Positions 1-9,161 of a stretch of DNA of 64,000 nt are shown here, piece by piece (positions within the stretch are counted from its first letter, which is position 1; the number at the start of each line of letters is the position of its first letter). The notes beneath the pieces are model-generated. The model was given only the letters and a program-made list of their open reading frames with translations. It made no database searches and was not told the origin of the DNA. A program made the translations under genes and the position numbers. This DNA is from Myxococcota bacterium (lineage in GTDB: Bacteria > Myxococcota > B64-G9), in assembly GCA_035528415.1 (NCBI GenBank), contig DATKYQ010000044.1, positions 4,473-68,472 on the forward strand, read 5' to 3'.

Positions 1-2
1 AT

Positions 3-182
3 CCCCAGACGGCGCCGGTGCTGGCCAACAACGAGTTTCTGAAGGCCGGGGTGAGCGAGGCGCGGCCGATCGCAGTGGTGTTGCTGGTCGTCTGCCTGTG
101 GATCTTCGTGCTTTTGCAGTTCGGAAAGACCTTCCTGCCTCACGCCTACCGACGCGGCTCTTCCGGGGAGGGCATGCGTTGA
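3..182 (+). CDS. ABC transporter permease, C-terminal fragment (gene begins upstream of window)
   Basis: Frame 3 is open from the window edge to TGA at 180-182; translation ends in a hydrophobic TM stretch (VLLVVCLWIFVLLQFGKTFL) typical of an ABC permease C-terminus; directly followed by an ABC ATPase gene. Confidence 0.45.
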   Translation, partial: PQTAPVLANNEFLKAGVSEARPIAVVLLVVCLWIFVLLQFGKTFLPHAYRRGSSGEGMR

Positions 183-187
183 TCGTA

Positions 188-985
188 ATGAGCAACCTGC
201 GGCGGCGCTTCGGTGAATTCAGCATTGAGATCGACGATCTCGAAATCAAGCGCGGCCGTTATACCGTCATTCTGGGCCCAAGCGGCAGCGGCAAGTCGCT
301 GCTGCTCAAGCTGCTGGCCGGGCTGCACCACCCGCACAGTGGAAGCCTGCTGATCGACGGCAAGGATGCGCTGAATGTTCCGGCCGAGCGCAGAAACATC
401 GGGCTGGTATTTCAGGAAGCCTCTTTGTTTCCGCACCTGTCTGCCAGGAGCAACATCGCTTACGGCTTGCGCGCCCGGCACGTCCCGGCTGCCGAGCGCA
501 AACGCCGACTGGACGAGATGGTCACCCGACTGGGCATCGCGGACATTCTCGGGCGACCGGTTGTCTCTCTGAGCGGCGGTGAGGCCCAGAAGATCGCCCT
601 GGCTCGCGCACTGGTGGTGCGCCCGCGCATCCTGCTGCTGGATGAGCCCCTGAGCCAGGTGGATCACAACGCCAGATTGGAGTTGCAAAAAGCTCTCAAG
701 CGCCTGCAGCGTGAACTCGATCTCACCTGTCTGCACGTGACTCACGATCGCGAAGAAGCCGTCGTGCTGGCCGAGGATTGCGCGCTGATGCTGGGCGGGC
801 GGGTCATCCAGGCGGGCGGGCTGGATAATCTGCGCGATCGGCCGGCTTGCGATTTCGTGGCCTGGTTTTTAGGCGTCGATCCCGGGAGATATCCCGGCGC
901 CCCGGAAGACTGCGGTAAGAGCTGTCTTTCGGGAAGCGGCCGCTGCGACCGGGGTCGGACGCTGAAGGATTCCGATGCAAGGTAA
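188..985 (+). CDS. ABC transporter ATP-binding protein (ModC/TupC/CysA-like importer ATPase)
   Basis: ATG at 188 (MSNLRRRFGEF); Walker A GPSGSGKS, ABC signature LSGGEAQKIALARAL, Walker B LLLDEPLSQVD, H-loop VTHD; the ORF track extends the N-terminus artificially to 98. Confidence 0.8.
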   Translation: MSNLRRRFGEFSIEIDDLEIKRGRYTVILGPSGSGKSLLLKLLAGLHHPHSGSLLIDGKDALNVPAERRNIGLVFQEASLFPHLSARSNIAYGLRARHVPAAERKRRLDEMVTRLGIADILGRPVVSLSGGEAQKIALARALVVRPRILLLDEPLSQVDHNARLELQKALKRLQRELDLTCLHVTHDREEAVVLAEDCALMLGGRVIQAGGLDNLRDRPACDFVAWFLGVDPGRYPGAPEDCGKSCLSGSGRCDRGRTLKDSDAR

Positions 986-2009
986 CTACCTGCCACTCTG
1001 GAAGCTCCTCGACGCGCCGCTGATCTCGCTCGACGAGAGCCACGTCGAGCTTCTCTCTGTGCTGGCCTTGATGCTGCTGGCCATGCTTGCCCTGGTGGCG
1101 CCCCGCGGCCGGCGCCAGTGGATACGTCACCTGGTGCAGCTGCTTTCGGTGATGATCTTCTTCTACGTAGTCTACTCCTGCCTGGGCGTGTTCGGCATGG
1201 TGCGCAACGTGATATACGGCTCGACGCTGATTGGTACCATCTTCACCGAGTCGTTTTTCTGGATGAGCCTGCCGCTGGCCGTGATCGCCTTCAGCCTGAC
1301 CAGCGGCCCCTACTTCTGCGGTTGGATCTGCCCGACCGGGGCTTTCCAGGAACTCTCGGCCGCCGTCAGAGAGCGTATCTCGAGACGACTGCGCCGGGGT
1401 ATCAAGGATCGCACCCGCGTCCGCCCGCGCTGGTATAACCAGATTCTACTGGCTCTGTTCTTCGCGGGCTTTCTGGGGCTGATCTTCTACCTCGGCACCA
1501 CAAAACGTTTCTACGTCGAAGATTCGAGTCTCTACTGGGCCTCCTCGCTCTTCCTGCTCATCTACCTGGTGCTCACCCGGGCGGTGGACGACGCCGCTAT
1601 CCGGACGCTGCGCGGCGTGAGCTTTACGATCATCGTCGTCTCGACTCTGTTCAAGACGGCCATTGTCTCTCCGGTCCACTTCGCCTTTGAGGACGTCAGC
1701 GATCCCGCCTCGGCGCTTTCGACCCTGGCGCTGGTGGTAGCCTCCCTTTTCATCAGCCGCGCCTGGTGCCGCTACGTCTGTCCCTGGGGATATCTGATGG
1801 GCTGCATCCAGCGAGTCTCGCGTCTCAGGGTGCAGGCCGGCGACGACTGCAAGGAATGCGGGACGTGTGAGAGCGTTTGCCGGGTGGGGGCGATCCACGC
1901 GGGGCGGGTGGAGATTTCGGAGTGCCAGTTTTGCCTGGCCTGCATCGACAAGTGTCCCAGCAATGCAATCAAGGTGGTGGATGTCTGGAAGAAGCAAGGG
2001 CATGCCTGA
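975..2009 (+). CDS. Membrane-bound polyferredoxin, NapH/MauN/NosR-like (COG0348-type 4Fe-4S binding protein)
   Basis: Multiple TM segments; two CX3CP motifs (CGWICPTG, CRYVCPWG); C-terminal tandem ferredoxin motifs CKECGTCESVC and CQFCLACIDKCP; ATG overlaps upstream stop by 11 nt. Confidence 0.7.
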   Translation: MQGNYLPLWKLLDAPLISLDESHVELLSVLALMLLAMLALVAPRGRRQWIRHLVQLLSVMIFFYVVYSCLGVFGMVRNVIYGSTLIGTIFTESFFWMSLPLAVIAFSLTSGPYFCGWICPTGAFQELSAAVRERISRRLRRGIKDRTRVRPRWYNQILLALFFAGFLGLIFYLGTTKRFYVEDSSLYWASSLFLLIYLVLTRAVDDAAIRTLRGVSFTIIVVSTLFKTAIVSPVHFAFEDVSDPASALSTLALVVASLFISRAWCRYVCPWGYLMGCIQRVSRLRVQAGDDCKECGTCESVCRVGAIHAGRVEISECQFCLACIDKCPSNAIKVVDVWKKQGHA

Positions 2010-3504
2010 CCGGTTTGGTCATGGGGCGATCATCCTTTTGTGCCTTGCGGGTACGATTACGACCGGCGCCGCCGAGTGGTTTCCCAGCGGCGCCGTCCCG
2101 CGTCCGGGCGACTGGCTGCTCGCGCGCCACGACGCGGCCAACTCGGCGGTAACGATCCTTGACCACGACCCGCCTCAGGCGGCCCGGGCATGGACCCACC
2201 AGCTCTCGCGGCACGTGTTCGGTTACCGCCCCGGAATGAGCGTCTGGTCCTCGGCCGCGGTCGGCGACGTTGGCGGGCGGGCGGTGGTGGCCGCGGGCAG
2301 CTACGATCATAACCTCTACCTTTTCGACGCCGCCGAGGGAAACCTGGTGTGGCGTTTCACTACCGGCAACGGAGTGTACTCGGCCCCGTTGATCTGGAAG
2401 GACGGCGAACGGGAGTGGATCTTCGTCGCCTCGAGCGACAGGTTAATCTACGGCCTGGACGCCGTACTCGGCAACCGGCGCTGGAGCCGCGCCGTGGCCG
2501 GCTACCAGCCTACTCTTGGGGGCAGCCGCCTGTCCGCGCCTTGCCTGGGCCTGTCCAAGGGAACCCCCGCCGTTTTTGTCGGCTACCGGGTCTGGGACAA
2601 GTCGCTGGCCAACTCGACTCAGAGCGGAGGACTGATCGCCGTCGCCGCACGATCTGGAGAGCGTCTGTGGCAGGTAGACTTTCTGGACAATTCTGTTTCC
2701 GACCCCGTCTTTGCCGTCTTTGACGATCACTCATATGTCTTTGCGGCCTCCAGCGACGGCAACCTGCGCGCCCTGGATGCCGACAGCGGCAAACTACTCT
2801 GGTTTCACCGCGAGACCGAGCCGATCATGGGCGCGCCGCTTTTCTATCAGGCTAGAAGCGGGCCGCGGGTAATCATCGGCTCGCACTTCGGCAAGCTGCG
2901 CTGTCTCGACGCCCACGATGGGCGTGAGATCTGGAGCTTCAAGACGGGCAACTGGATTACCGGGGCCGCGGCACTCTACCGCTCGGGTGGGCGCGACCTG
3001 GTGGCCTTTGGATCGTACGACCGCCACCTGTACGTCCTGGAGGCCGAGAGTGGCCGTAAGGTGTTCGCCCATCTCGCCGCGGGGCCTGTTTATTCTTCTC
3101 CTGCGGTTGTTCCGCTGGAACCCGAGCCGCAGATTCTCTACGCGGCATGGGACAACCGCATCTACTGCCTGTCCGGTCTGGACGGCACCCAGCTCTGGAC
3201 GCTATTCACGGGCCAGCCCCTGTGGGACGCAGTGGCCCAGGGAGACAGCAACTGGTCCTCGCCGGTGGCGGCGCGCATCGACGGGCGCTGGATGTTGTAT
3301 CACGGCTCCTATAACGGCGTCTTCTACGCCATCCCGCTGGCACAGGCCGCAACGGCCGTCGGCGCGCATCCCTGGACAAACCTGCGCTTCTGGGTGACGA
3401 TGTTTTTAGCCATGGCCTTCTCGGGCGCCCTGGCTTTCTACCTCGACCGCCGCCGGCGCGGGCGCACGGCGGTTCGGGTGGACCGGAAATCTCCCCGCGA
3501 GTAG
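2002..3504 (+). CDS. PQQ-like beta-propeller repeat protein with N-terminal signal/TM and C-terminal TM anchor
   Basis: Repeated PQQ/BamB-like blades (YLFDAAEGNLVWRF, YGLDAVLGNRRWS, LRALDADSGKLLWF, LRCLDAHDGREIWSF, LYVLEAESGRKVF, IYCLSGLDGTQLWT); hydrophobic N-terminus GHGAIILLCLAG; C-terminal TM FWVTMFLAMAFSGALAFYL followed by RRRRGR; start chosen at ATG 2002 (alternative 1981), the ORF-track start 1867 overlaps the upstream gene. Confidence 0.65.
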   Translation: MPDRFGHGAIILLCLAGTITTGAAEWFPSGAVPRPGDWLLARHDAANSAVTILDHDPPQAARAWTHQLSRHVFGYRPGMSVWSSAAVGDVGGRAVVAAGSYDHNLYLFDAAEGNLVWRFTTGNGVYSAPLIWKDGEREWIFVASSDRLIYGLDAVLGNRRWSRAVAGYQPTLGGSRLSAPCLGLSKGTPAVFVGYRVWDKSLANSTQSGGLIAVAARSGERLWQVDFLDNSVSDPVFAVFDDHSYVFAASSDGNLRALDADSGKLLWFHRETEPIMGAPLFYQARSGPRVIIGSHFGKLRCLDAHDGREIWSFKTGNWITGAAALYRSGGRDLVAFGSYDRHLYVLEAESGRKVFAHLAAGPVYSSPAVVPLEPEPQILYAAWDNRIYCLSGLDGTQLWTLFTGQPLWDAVAQGDSNWSSPVAARIDGRWMLYHGSYNGVFYAIPLAQAATAVGAHPWTNLRFWVTMFLAMAFSGALAFYLDRRRRGRTAVRVDRKSPRE

Positions 3505-3514
3505 ATTGATCACG

Positions 3515-4558
3515 ATGCGCGACAAATTCAACAGCCGGTCCATCTCGCGCCTGCGCTTGGTCATACAGATCCTTTTCTTCGCCGTTTTGATCTATGGAGG
3601 CTTTGCGGTAAGCGGGATCGAGACATGGCTGAGCCGCGGACCGGCCCGGATCGACCGCCTGACCGGCCCGGCCAACGTCAAGCAGGTCGTCAAGCGCAGC
3701 ACCACCACTGACATCTACCTCCCGGCGACTTCCTGCATCTACCAGCGCCAGGGTTTGTGCAAGGGCTGCAGCCTCTACTACCTGACCGACATCATCGCCT
3801 GGCACCCGAAGATCGAGAAAGTGCTTGCCTACCTAGGTGTGCTCCTTCTGCTGATGCTCGTCGGCGGGCGCCTGTGGTGCGGTTGGGTCTGTCCCCTGGG
3901 GCTGCTTTCGGACATAATGACCAGGCTGCGCGCCAGGACTGGAATATCGAGAGTGCGCGTATCGAAGGGCTTTCGCGAGGGACTGGTGTGGGCCAAGTAT
4001 GTCATTCTCTTGGCGGTGCTCTCTGTCGCAGCCCTGGCTTCATTGCCTTCCATGGCCGATTATCGCCTAAGCCTGTCAGAGCCATTCTGCCAGGTCTGCC
4101 CCTCGCGGATCTTCCAGGCCTTCTTCTCGTTCGATACTGTCTGCTGGACCAACCCGGCCGACAAGATCACCACTGTCTTCACCGTGCTCGGATTACTCGC
4201 CTTCGGGCTGTTCTTCATCGGCCTGACCGTTCGCAGGTTCTGGTGCCGGCTGTGTCCAATCGGGGGGCTGAACGCCGCCTTCAACCGTACCGGCCTGGTG
4301 ATGATCGTCAAGGACGGGCAAAAGTGCACCCGCTGCGGCGCCTGCGAACGCTCGTGCCCGCTGGACGTCCAGCGTGTCTTCGAGGGCCGCGGGCGCGGCC
4401 CGGTTACCTCGTACGAGTGCCACCTGTGCCTGCGCTGTGTTGAAAGCTGCCCGGAGGATGGCTGTCTCGAGTTCCGCTGGCTGGGGTTTACTCTCGCCTC
4501 GAGCGGCGTTTCAAAAAAAGGCCCCAGAACACGAGCGCCAGAAGTGGAATCAGGCTGA
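3515..4558 (+). CDS. Second membrane-bound polyferredoxin, NapH/MauN-like paralogue
   Basis: TM segments; CGWVCPLG and CRLCPIGG motifs; C-terminal CTRCGACERSCP and CHLCLRCVESCP 4Fe-4S motifs; ATG at 3515 (the track uses TTG at 3506). Confidence 0.7.
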   Translation: MRDKFNSRSISRLRLVIQILFFAVLIYGGFAVSGIETWLSRGPARIDRLTGPANVKQVVKRSTTTDIYLPATSCIYQRQGLCKGCSLYYLTDIIAWHPKIEKVLAYLGVLLLLMLVGGRLWCGWVCPLGLLSDIMTRLRARTGISRVRVSKGFREGLVWAKYVILLAVLSVAALASLPSMADYRLSLSEPFCQVCPSRIFQAFFSFDTVCWTNPADKITTVFTVLGLLAFGLFFIGLTVRRFWCRLCPIGGLNAAFNRTGLVMIVKDGQKCTRCGACERSCPLDVQRVFEGRGRGPVTSYECHLCLRCVESCPEDGCLEFRWLGFTLASSGVSKKGPRTRAPEVESG

Positions 4559-5024
4559 GCGCGGCAAGCCCCAGCACGCGCGATGTCCGGCTGCTCTTAC
4601 CGACGTTGATGGTGCCCGCCTCCATCCAGCCGCGTCCTTGCCTGCCTGCCCGCGGGCTGTTGTCCGCGAAAAGGCGCAGGCTGTGCAGGTCGGGCTGTCC
4701 GCGGGCGTGAAGTGTTGCACTGATCGGGAACCGGACGTGCGGAGTTGTCGCCTTGCTCTTCGCATCGATCTCGAAGACGCAGCGATCGGCGGGCAGGCAG
4801 CGCGGGATGCTCGCCGGCCGCACCACGATCTCCAGGGGTGTCTCGCTCTCGACCGACACCCGGGCATCCAGGAGCGCAATTGGAGATTCGTTGCGGTAGA
4901 TCAGCCTGATCGATCCGCTGCCCCGCGGCAACCTGATCTCGGAATCGGTCGTAACCAGCGTGACTCCACCCGCCAGGGCCAGCGGGGGAAAGAAGGTCAA
5001 GAATGTGATGGCTACGATTCTCAA
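4488..5024 (-). CDS. Hypothetical exported protein with C-terminal TM anchor
   Basis: ATG start; N-terminal signal peptide MRIVAITFLTFFPPLALAGG; C-terminal TM LAALSLIPLLALVFWGLF followed by KRRSRRE; its 3' end overlaps the convergent ferredoxin gene by about 70 nt, which lowers confidence. Confidence 0.4.
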   Translation of the reverse strand: MRIVAITFLTFFPPLALAGGVTLVTTDSEIRLPRGSGSIRLIYRNESPIALLDARVSVESETPLEIVVRPASIPRCLPADRCVFEIDAKSKATTPHVRFPISATLHARGQPDLHSLRLFADNSPRAGRQGRGWMEAGTINVGKSSRTSRVLGLAALSLIPLLALVFWGLFLKRRSRRE

Positions 5025-5033
5025 AGGCGATTC

Positions 5034-5738
5034 CTACCTGGTCGGTTGGGACATTTCGAGCGGCGTGCGTCCGGAGCGATCCTTGGCGAAGATGCTGGCC
5101 CCGGCCATGATCAAGGCGTTGGCCACCTTTTCGTTGCGGGCCAGGTGCAAAGCCGTCATACCGTACTCGTCGTGGGCCTCGACATCTGCTCCGGCCGCGA
5201 TCAGCAACTCGGCGATCTCGGCCGTAGACGCTTCGTGCAACGGTGTCAACTGGTAGCGATTACGCGCGCTCACGTTGGCGCCATGCGCCAGCAGCTGGCG
5301 CACCATGACCGCCCGGCCGAGAATGGCGGCCCAATGCAGGGCACTCATGCCGTTGCGCGTGCGACCGTTGACATCGGCCCGGTGATCGAGAAGAGCCCCG
5401 GCCACGTCGACGTGATTTTGCATCGCGGCCGTGTGCAGCGGCGTCCAACCATACACGTTGCGGGCGGCCACCGGCGCCCCGTGCGAGATCAGTAGTTCGG
5501 CCACCGCGGCACTGCCCGCAAGATGCAAGGGCGTCAGGCGTAAGCTGTCTTCGGCGGCTGGCGGCTCCCCGGCATCCAGCAGGCTGCGCACACGCTCGGC
5601 ATCACCTGCGAAGCTGGCAAGTGCCAGGTCGGAAAGCCCGGCTTCTGAGACCGGTAAATTATAAAAGGGAAGTTCTCCCGGCATCGACTCGGCACAGCCG
5701 CTAAAGGCCAGAATTATAAGCAGCACAAAAGCACGCAT
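5034..5738 (-). CDS. Ankyrin-repeat lipoprotein
   Basis: ATG at 5738 gives the lipoprotein signal MRAFVLLIILAFSGC; at least 5 ankyrin repeats (TPLHLAGS, GWTPLHTAAMQNHVDVAGALLDHRADVN, MSALHWAAILGRAVMVRQLLAHGANV, LTPLHEAS, MTALHLAR). Confidence 0.75.
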   Translation of the reverse strand: MRAFVLLIILAFSGCAESMPGELPFYNLPVSEAGLSDLALASFAGDAERVRSLLDAGEPPAAEDSLRLTPLHLAGSAAVAELLISHGAPVAARNVYGWTPLHTAAMQNHVDVAGALLDHRADVNGRTRNGMSALHWAAILGRAVMVRQLLAHGANVSARNRYQLTPLHEASTAEIAELLIAAGADVEAHDEYGMTALHLARNEKVANALIMAGASIFAKDRSGRTPLEMSQPTR

Positions 5739-5829
5739 GTGCACAATCTTGACCTCTGGAGCCATGCGCGTCAAGCGAGAAGGGAGCAAGATGGGCATAA
5801 CCTTCTCGATGTGCTAGGATGATCCGGCA

Positions 5830-6879
5830 ATGGAAGAGAAGCGGCGAAATGAACGAGACAAGATCGACCGGCGGCGCTTTTTGAAAGTCGCCTGTGGTTC
5901 GGCCGCCTGCCTGGGAGCGGCGGCCTGCCTGCCCCACGCGGATGGCGACTGGGATTCGTGCACTGAAAGCCAGCCGCTGATAGAGGCCCCGTCTTCCAAT
6001 CGGGTGGTCGAAGTGCACTCGGAGCAGGCTGTCATCCAGGTTGAGGGAAAGAGCGCCATCGACGCCGGAGTGGTGATCGCCATGTTCGCGGCCGGTTTGC
6101 AGTCCTTGACCGGGCAGGCTGAGGCTGCCGAAGCCTGGCGAGTCGTCCTGCCGGGACGAAAGGACGGAGAGCGCATCGCGCTCAAGGCCAATGCATTGAA
6201 CCAGGATGTGCCGAGTTCTCCAGAACTTCTGGCCGCCGTCATCGGCTCGCTAACCGAAGGCGGCATCCCGGCCGCGGATGTTTTCGTCTGGGATCGCACT
6301 GTGCGTGAACTCGAGCTGGCCGGTATCACCCCCGAGCGACTGGGCGTCGACTGCCGCGGCACGATCTACTCTTCGGGCGACGACAGCGGTCCGGGCTACG
6401 AACAGGAGGCGGCCTGTCTTTCGGGGTGCAAGATACATCTCTCAACCATCCTGACTCGCGAGACAGATCATCTGATCAACGTGGCCGTGCTGAAAAACCA
6501 TTTCGCGGCCGGCTTCTCCGGCTGTCTCAAGAACAACTACGGCTGCTTCGAAAATCCCTACGACTTCCACGATGGCTGCGAGCAGCACATAGCCCTGCTC
6601 AATGCGCTGCCGCAGATCGCCTCGGTCGCCCGCCTGTGTGTGTTAGATTCCCTCTTCGCGGTCACGTCAGGAGATACCAACAAGCCGGCCGACTGCGAGC
6701 CGGGGCTCATACTGCTCTCGTTCGATCCCGTGGCCATCGATCAACGCGGCCTGGACGTCCGCGACCGGATTCGCGCATCGCGCGGGCAAGACCCGGGCAA
6801 TCCGGCCGGCTACCTGCAGGTGGCAGCCGATATGGGCATGGGCAACATCGACTACGACCTTCAGACAATCGAGATCTGA
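5830..6879 (+). CDS. Tat-signal DUF362-family protein
   Basis: Twin-arginine motif DRRRFLKVACGSAACLGAAA; conserved blocks shared with the paralogue at 13906 (KAN/KPN ... L[KN]NH ... D.VA.D ... L.AS.D); family assignment from memory of the DUF362 architecture. Confidence 0.6.
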   Translation: MEEKRRNERDKIDRRRFLKVACGSAACLGAAACLPHADGDWDSCTESQPLIEAPSSNRVVEVHSEQAVIQVEGKSAIDAGVVIAMFAAGLQSLTGQAEAAEAWRVVLPGRKDGERIALKANALNQDVPSSPELLAAVIGSLTEGGIPAADVFVWDRTVRELELAGITPERLGVDCRGTIYSSGDDSGPGYEQEAACLSGCKIHLSTILTRETDHLINVAVLKNHFAAGFSGCLKNNYGCFENPYDFHDGCEQHIALLNALPQIASVARLCVLDSLFAVTSGDTNKPADCEPGLILLSFDPVAIDQRGLDVRDRIRASRGQDPGNPAGYLQVAADMGMGNIDYDLQTIEI

Positions 6880-6881
6880 AC

Positions 6882-8129
6882 TCAGTCCGTCTTCCGGGCG
6901 ACAATCATCTCTAGCAGGGCTTCGATCCTGGTTCTCAAACGACCCGTGTCCTCAGGCCCGAATTCGGTGTTGATCGAAAGCCAGGGCAGCCCGCTCTCAG
7001 CGAAAGACCCCGCCAGCCCCGGCTCATCCAGGTCGAAAAGCTGACACAGGCGCTGAGTATGGTGAACGATCCCGTCCACGCTGTGGCTCTCAACCAGTTC
7101 GCGCAGGCGGTCGGTGCGCCCGTCGCTTCCGACCAGGCAGGGACAGGTGGAGGGCAAGAGCACTCGCTCCCCGGCCGCGCGGATCAGCCCGTCGGTCGTC
7201 CATTCGTCCACCACGACGGGGTGCCGCAGACGCTCGCTGCCCGAGCACAGCTCGTCGGCCACAATGTCGGCCCCGCATTCGAGCAGCAGAAGCGGCAGCT
7301 TGAAATCCGGCCATAGCACGGGCGAGCCGGTCAGCAGGATGCGCGCACGCGGCCTGCTTCCGCTGCCGTCAGCCGCACGTTGCTCGAGTTCGCCGAGAAG
7401 CACGGCGGTCTTCTCCGTCCACCAGTCGGGATCGGCGAGGAAGCCGGCCTGCATCACCAAAAGCGCGTCGGCACCGTTGACAGGCGGTCTGGCCGACTTG
7501 CGCAGCTCGTTCATCCTGCGCACCAGCGCCACGCGCTCGTTGACGTGCTCGATGGCCGCGCGCAGCGAGCGCCGCGTGACGCGCCGGCCGCAGAGTTTCT
7601 CGATGCGCCTGGTAAGGCGCCGCATCTCGGAAAGCCAGGCCGACCGCGCTCGCTCTCCCTGGTTTGTCTGCGGCAGCTCCAGATTGAACACTTCGTGCCT
7701 GCCCGAAAGCAGGCCGCCGAGTTTTTTCTTGCCGTCGCACGAAGTCGGAATCACCAGCAGATCGGCGGCAGCCATGGGATCATCGTCGTCGTCCACCCGG
7801 CCCATGAGCGCGCGCAAAGCGCAACAAACTTCGGCCTGCAGACGCCTGGCACCACGCCGCACCGTTGCCGAGCAGCCGTCGTCGAGGCGAATCGGCACTC
7901 CTCCCGCGGCCAGCACCAGCTCGTCCGGCACGAAGTTGCACACTTGGCCGACAAGCTTGCGCCCGGTCCCGGCAAGCTGACCGCGCCAGAGTTGCTTACG
8001 AAAAAATTCGTCGAACGGCTCGATGCCCCTCGGCCGATCCTTCACGGCAGCCAATGCGTCCAGAACCTGAACGACCTCTTGCTGACACTCAGACACGACC
8101 TGCTTCCTCCGCAATCTCAGGCGGGACAT
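6882..8129 (-). CDS. 2-hydroxyacyl-CoA dehydratase / benzoyl-CoA reductase B-D subunit family protein (HgdB-like; possibly a double-cubane-cluster protein)
   Basis: ATG at 8129 (MSRLRLRRKQVV) with GGAG 8 nt upstream; C-terminal half has the characteristic Cys pattern (ELCSGSERL ... STCPCLVGS ... HTQRLCQLFD); the 120-aa arginine-rich ORF extension upstream to 8486 is rejected as non-coding. Confidence 0.55.
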   Translation of the reverse strand: MSRLRLRRKQVVSECQQEVVQVLDALAAVKDRPRGIEPFDEFFRKQLWRGQLAGTGRKLVGQVCNFVPDELVLAAGGVPIRLDDGCSATVRRGARRLQAEVCCALRALMGRVDDDDDPMAAADLLVIPTSCDGKKKLGGLLSGRHEVFNLELPQTNQGERARSAWLSEMRRLTRRIEKLCGRRVTRRSLRAAIEHVNERVALVRRMNELRKSARPPVNGADALLVMQAGFLADPDWWTEKTAVLLGELEQRAADGSGSRPRARILLTGSPVLWPDFKLPLLLLECGADIVADELCSGSERLRHPVVVDEWTTDGLIRAAGERVLLPSTCPCLVGSDGRTDRLRELVESHSVDGIVHHTQRLCQLFDLDEPGLAGSFAESGLPWLSINTEFGPEDTGRLRTRIEALLEMIVARKTD

Positions 8130-8258
8130 CTCCGGGCAAAAAATAGGCTTCGGGGCCCACAACATCAAGAACAATCGCCGGCAGCCAGGTGAGCAGGGCC
8201 TGGAGATCCTGATTCTGGTCTTTTGTCGGCAGCCGGTATAGCATTTGCGAAATCGGAG

Positions 8259-9104
8259 ATGGAGGCTATGGGTTCCAAATATAAAGTTACGCTGGCGTTT
8301 CTGCTGGTGGCCGCGGTCACTTTTGCAGCGCTCGAGCTGTTCATGTCCCCGTCCAGCGGTCCTGATGTTCCGCTGACCGAGGAAGCCGTTGCTTTTCCTG
8401 GCGCCGGATCTTCTATACCGCGCGCAGGTAACGAAAAAACCACGGCAGAGGAACCCGCGCCGGCGGCCCGGGCGGCCGAACCGCAACTGGTGCCCGTCGT
8501 ACCGCGGGGCCCGGTTTCCATGCGAAAAGAGGCCAGGCTCCCCGTTCCTCCGTCCGAGTCCGAGCCCGGGCTCACGGCAGTTTACATGGTCAAGGATACC
8601 ACCCCGCCAAGGCTTTCGATTCTGTCGCCGGTCGACCGTTCATACACCATGGAGCGACAGATCAAGCTGACGGTTCGCTCCGAGGCGGGCGCCCGGGTCG
8701 ATCTGAACGGTTCTGCCCTTGCCGAAAAGCCGCCCGGCTTTTTCCGCGGCAGCGCCGGTTTGTCGCCCGGGCAAAACAGCATCGTCGTGCGGGCCACGGA
8801 CGCTGTCGGTAACGTTTCTACGGCCTTGGCACGGGTGACCTTCATCGATCCGGCAAACATCCGGGCCGAGAAAAGTCGCCTGGTCGCCCTATTGAAGCAG
8901 CTCGATGAAGTACGCGCCGCGGCCCGGGATGTCGACCAACGTATCGCCGAATTGCTCGGTCAGATCGAAGACGCCAAGGATGTCAAGCGCATTCCCGAGT
9001 TCAGCAATATCCTGCGCGAGGTGCGCAACAACCGCAAGCAGTTGCAACAAGAGATTGAACACGCAATTGTTAAAATCGACAAGTCCTTGCCTGGCGTGAA
9101 ATGA
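8259..9104 (+). CDS. Membrane-anchored hypothetical protein with Ig-like domain and C-terminal coiled coil
   Basis: N-terminal TM KVTLAFLLVAAVTFAALELF; Pro/Ala-rich linker; Big-like segment IVVRATDAVGNVSTALARVTF; C-terminal heptad-rich region (LVALLKQLDEVRAAARDVDQRIAELLGQIEDAK); start uncertain (ATG 8259 or 8268). Confidence 0.5.
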   Translation: MEAMGSKYKVTLAFLLVAAVTFAALELFMSPSSGPDVPLTEEAVAFPGAGSSIPRAGNEKTTAEEPAPAARAAEPQLVPVVPRGPVSMRKEARLPVPPSESEPGLTAVYMVKDTTPPRLSILSPVDRSYTMERQIKLTVRSEAGARVDLNGSALAEKPPGFFRGSAGLSPGQNSIVVRATDAVGNVSTALARVTFIDPANIRAEKSRLVALLKQLDEVRAAARDVDQRIAELLGQIEDAKDVKRIPEFSNILREVRNNRKQLQQEIEHAIVKIDKSLPGVK

Positions 9105-9161
9105 TACATTCAGTCGCTGTGCTAGATTGACTTCTCCATTTGTCCGGGTTAGGTACGGGCC

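Noticed and set aside
7114-7980. 288-aa Ser/Arg-rich plus-strand ORF, and similar ORFs at 7380..8192 and 12442..13230
   Set aside because: These are alternate-frame or antisense overlaps of better-supported genes (the HgdB-like gene and saccharopine dehydrogenase), with biased low-complexity composition.
8130-8486. N-terminal 119-aa extension of the HgdB-like ORF
   Set aside because: Arg/Gly/Cys-rich junk-like translation. A well-placed ATG with GGAG RBS at 8129 begins the conserved portion.
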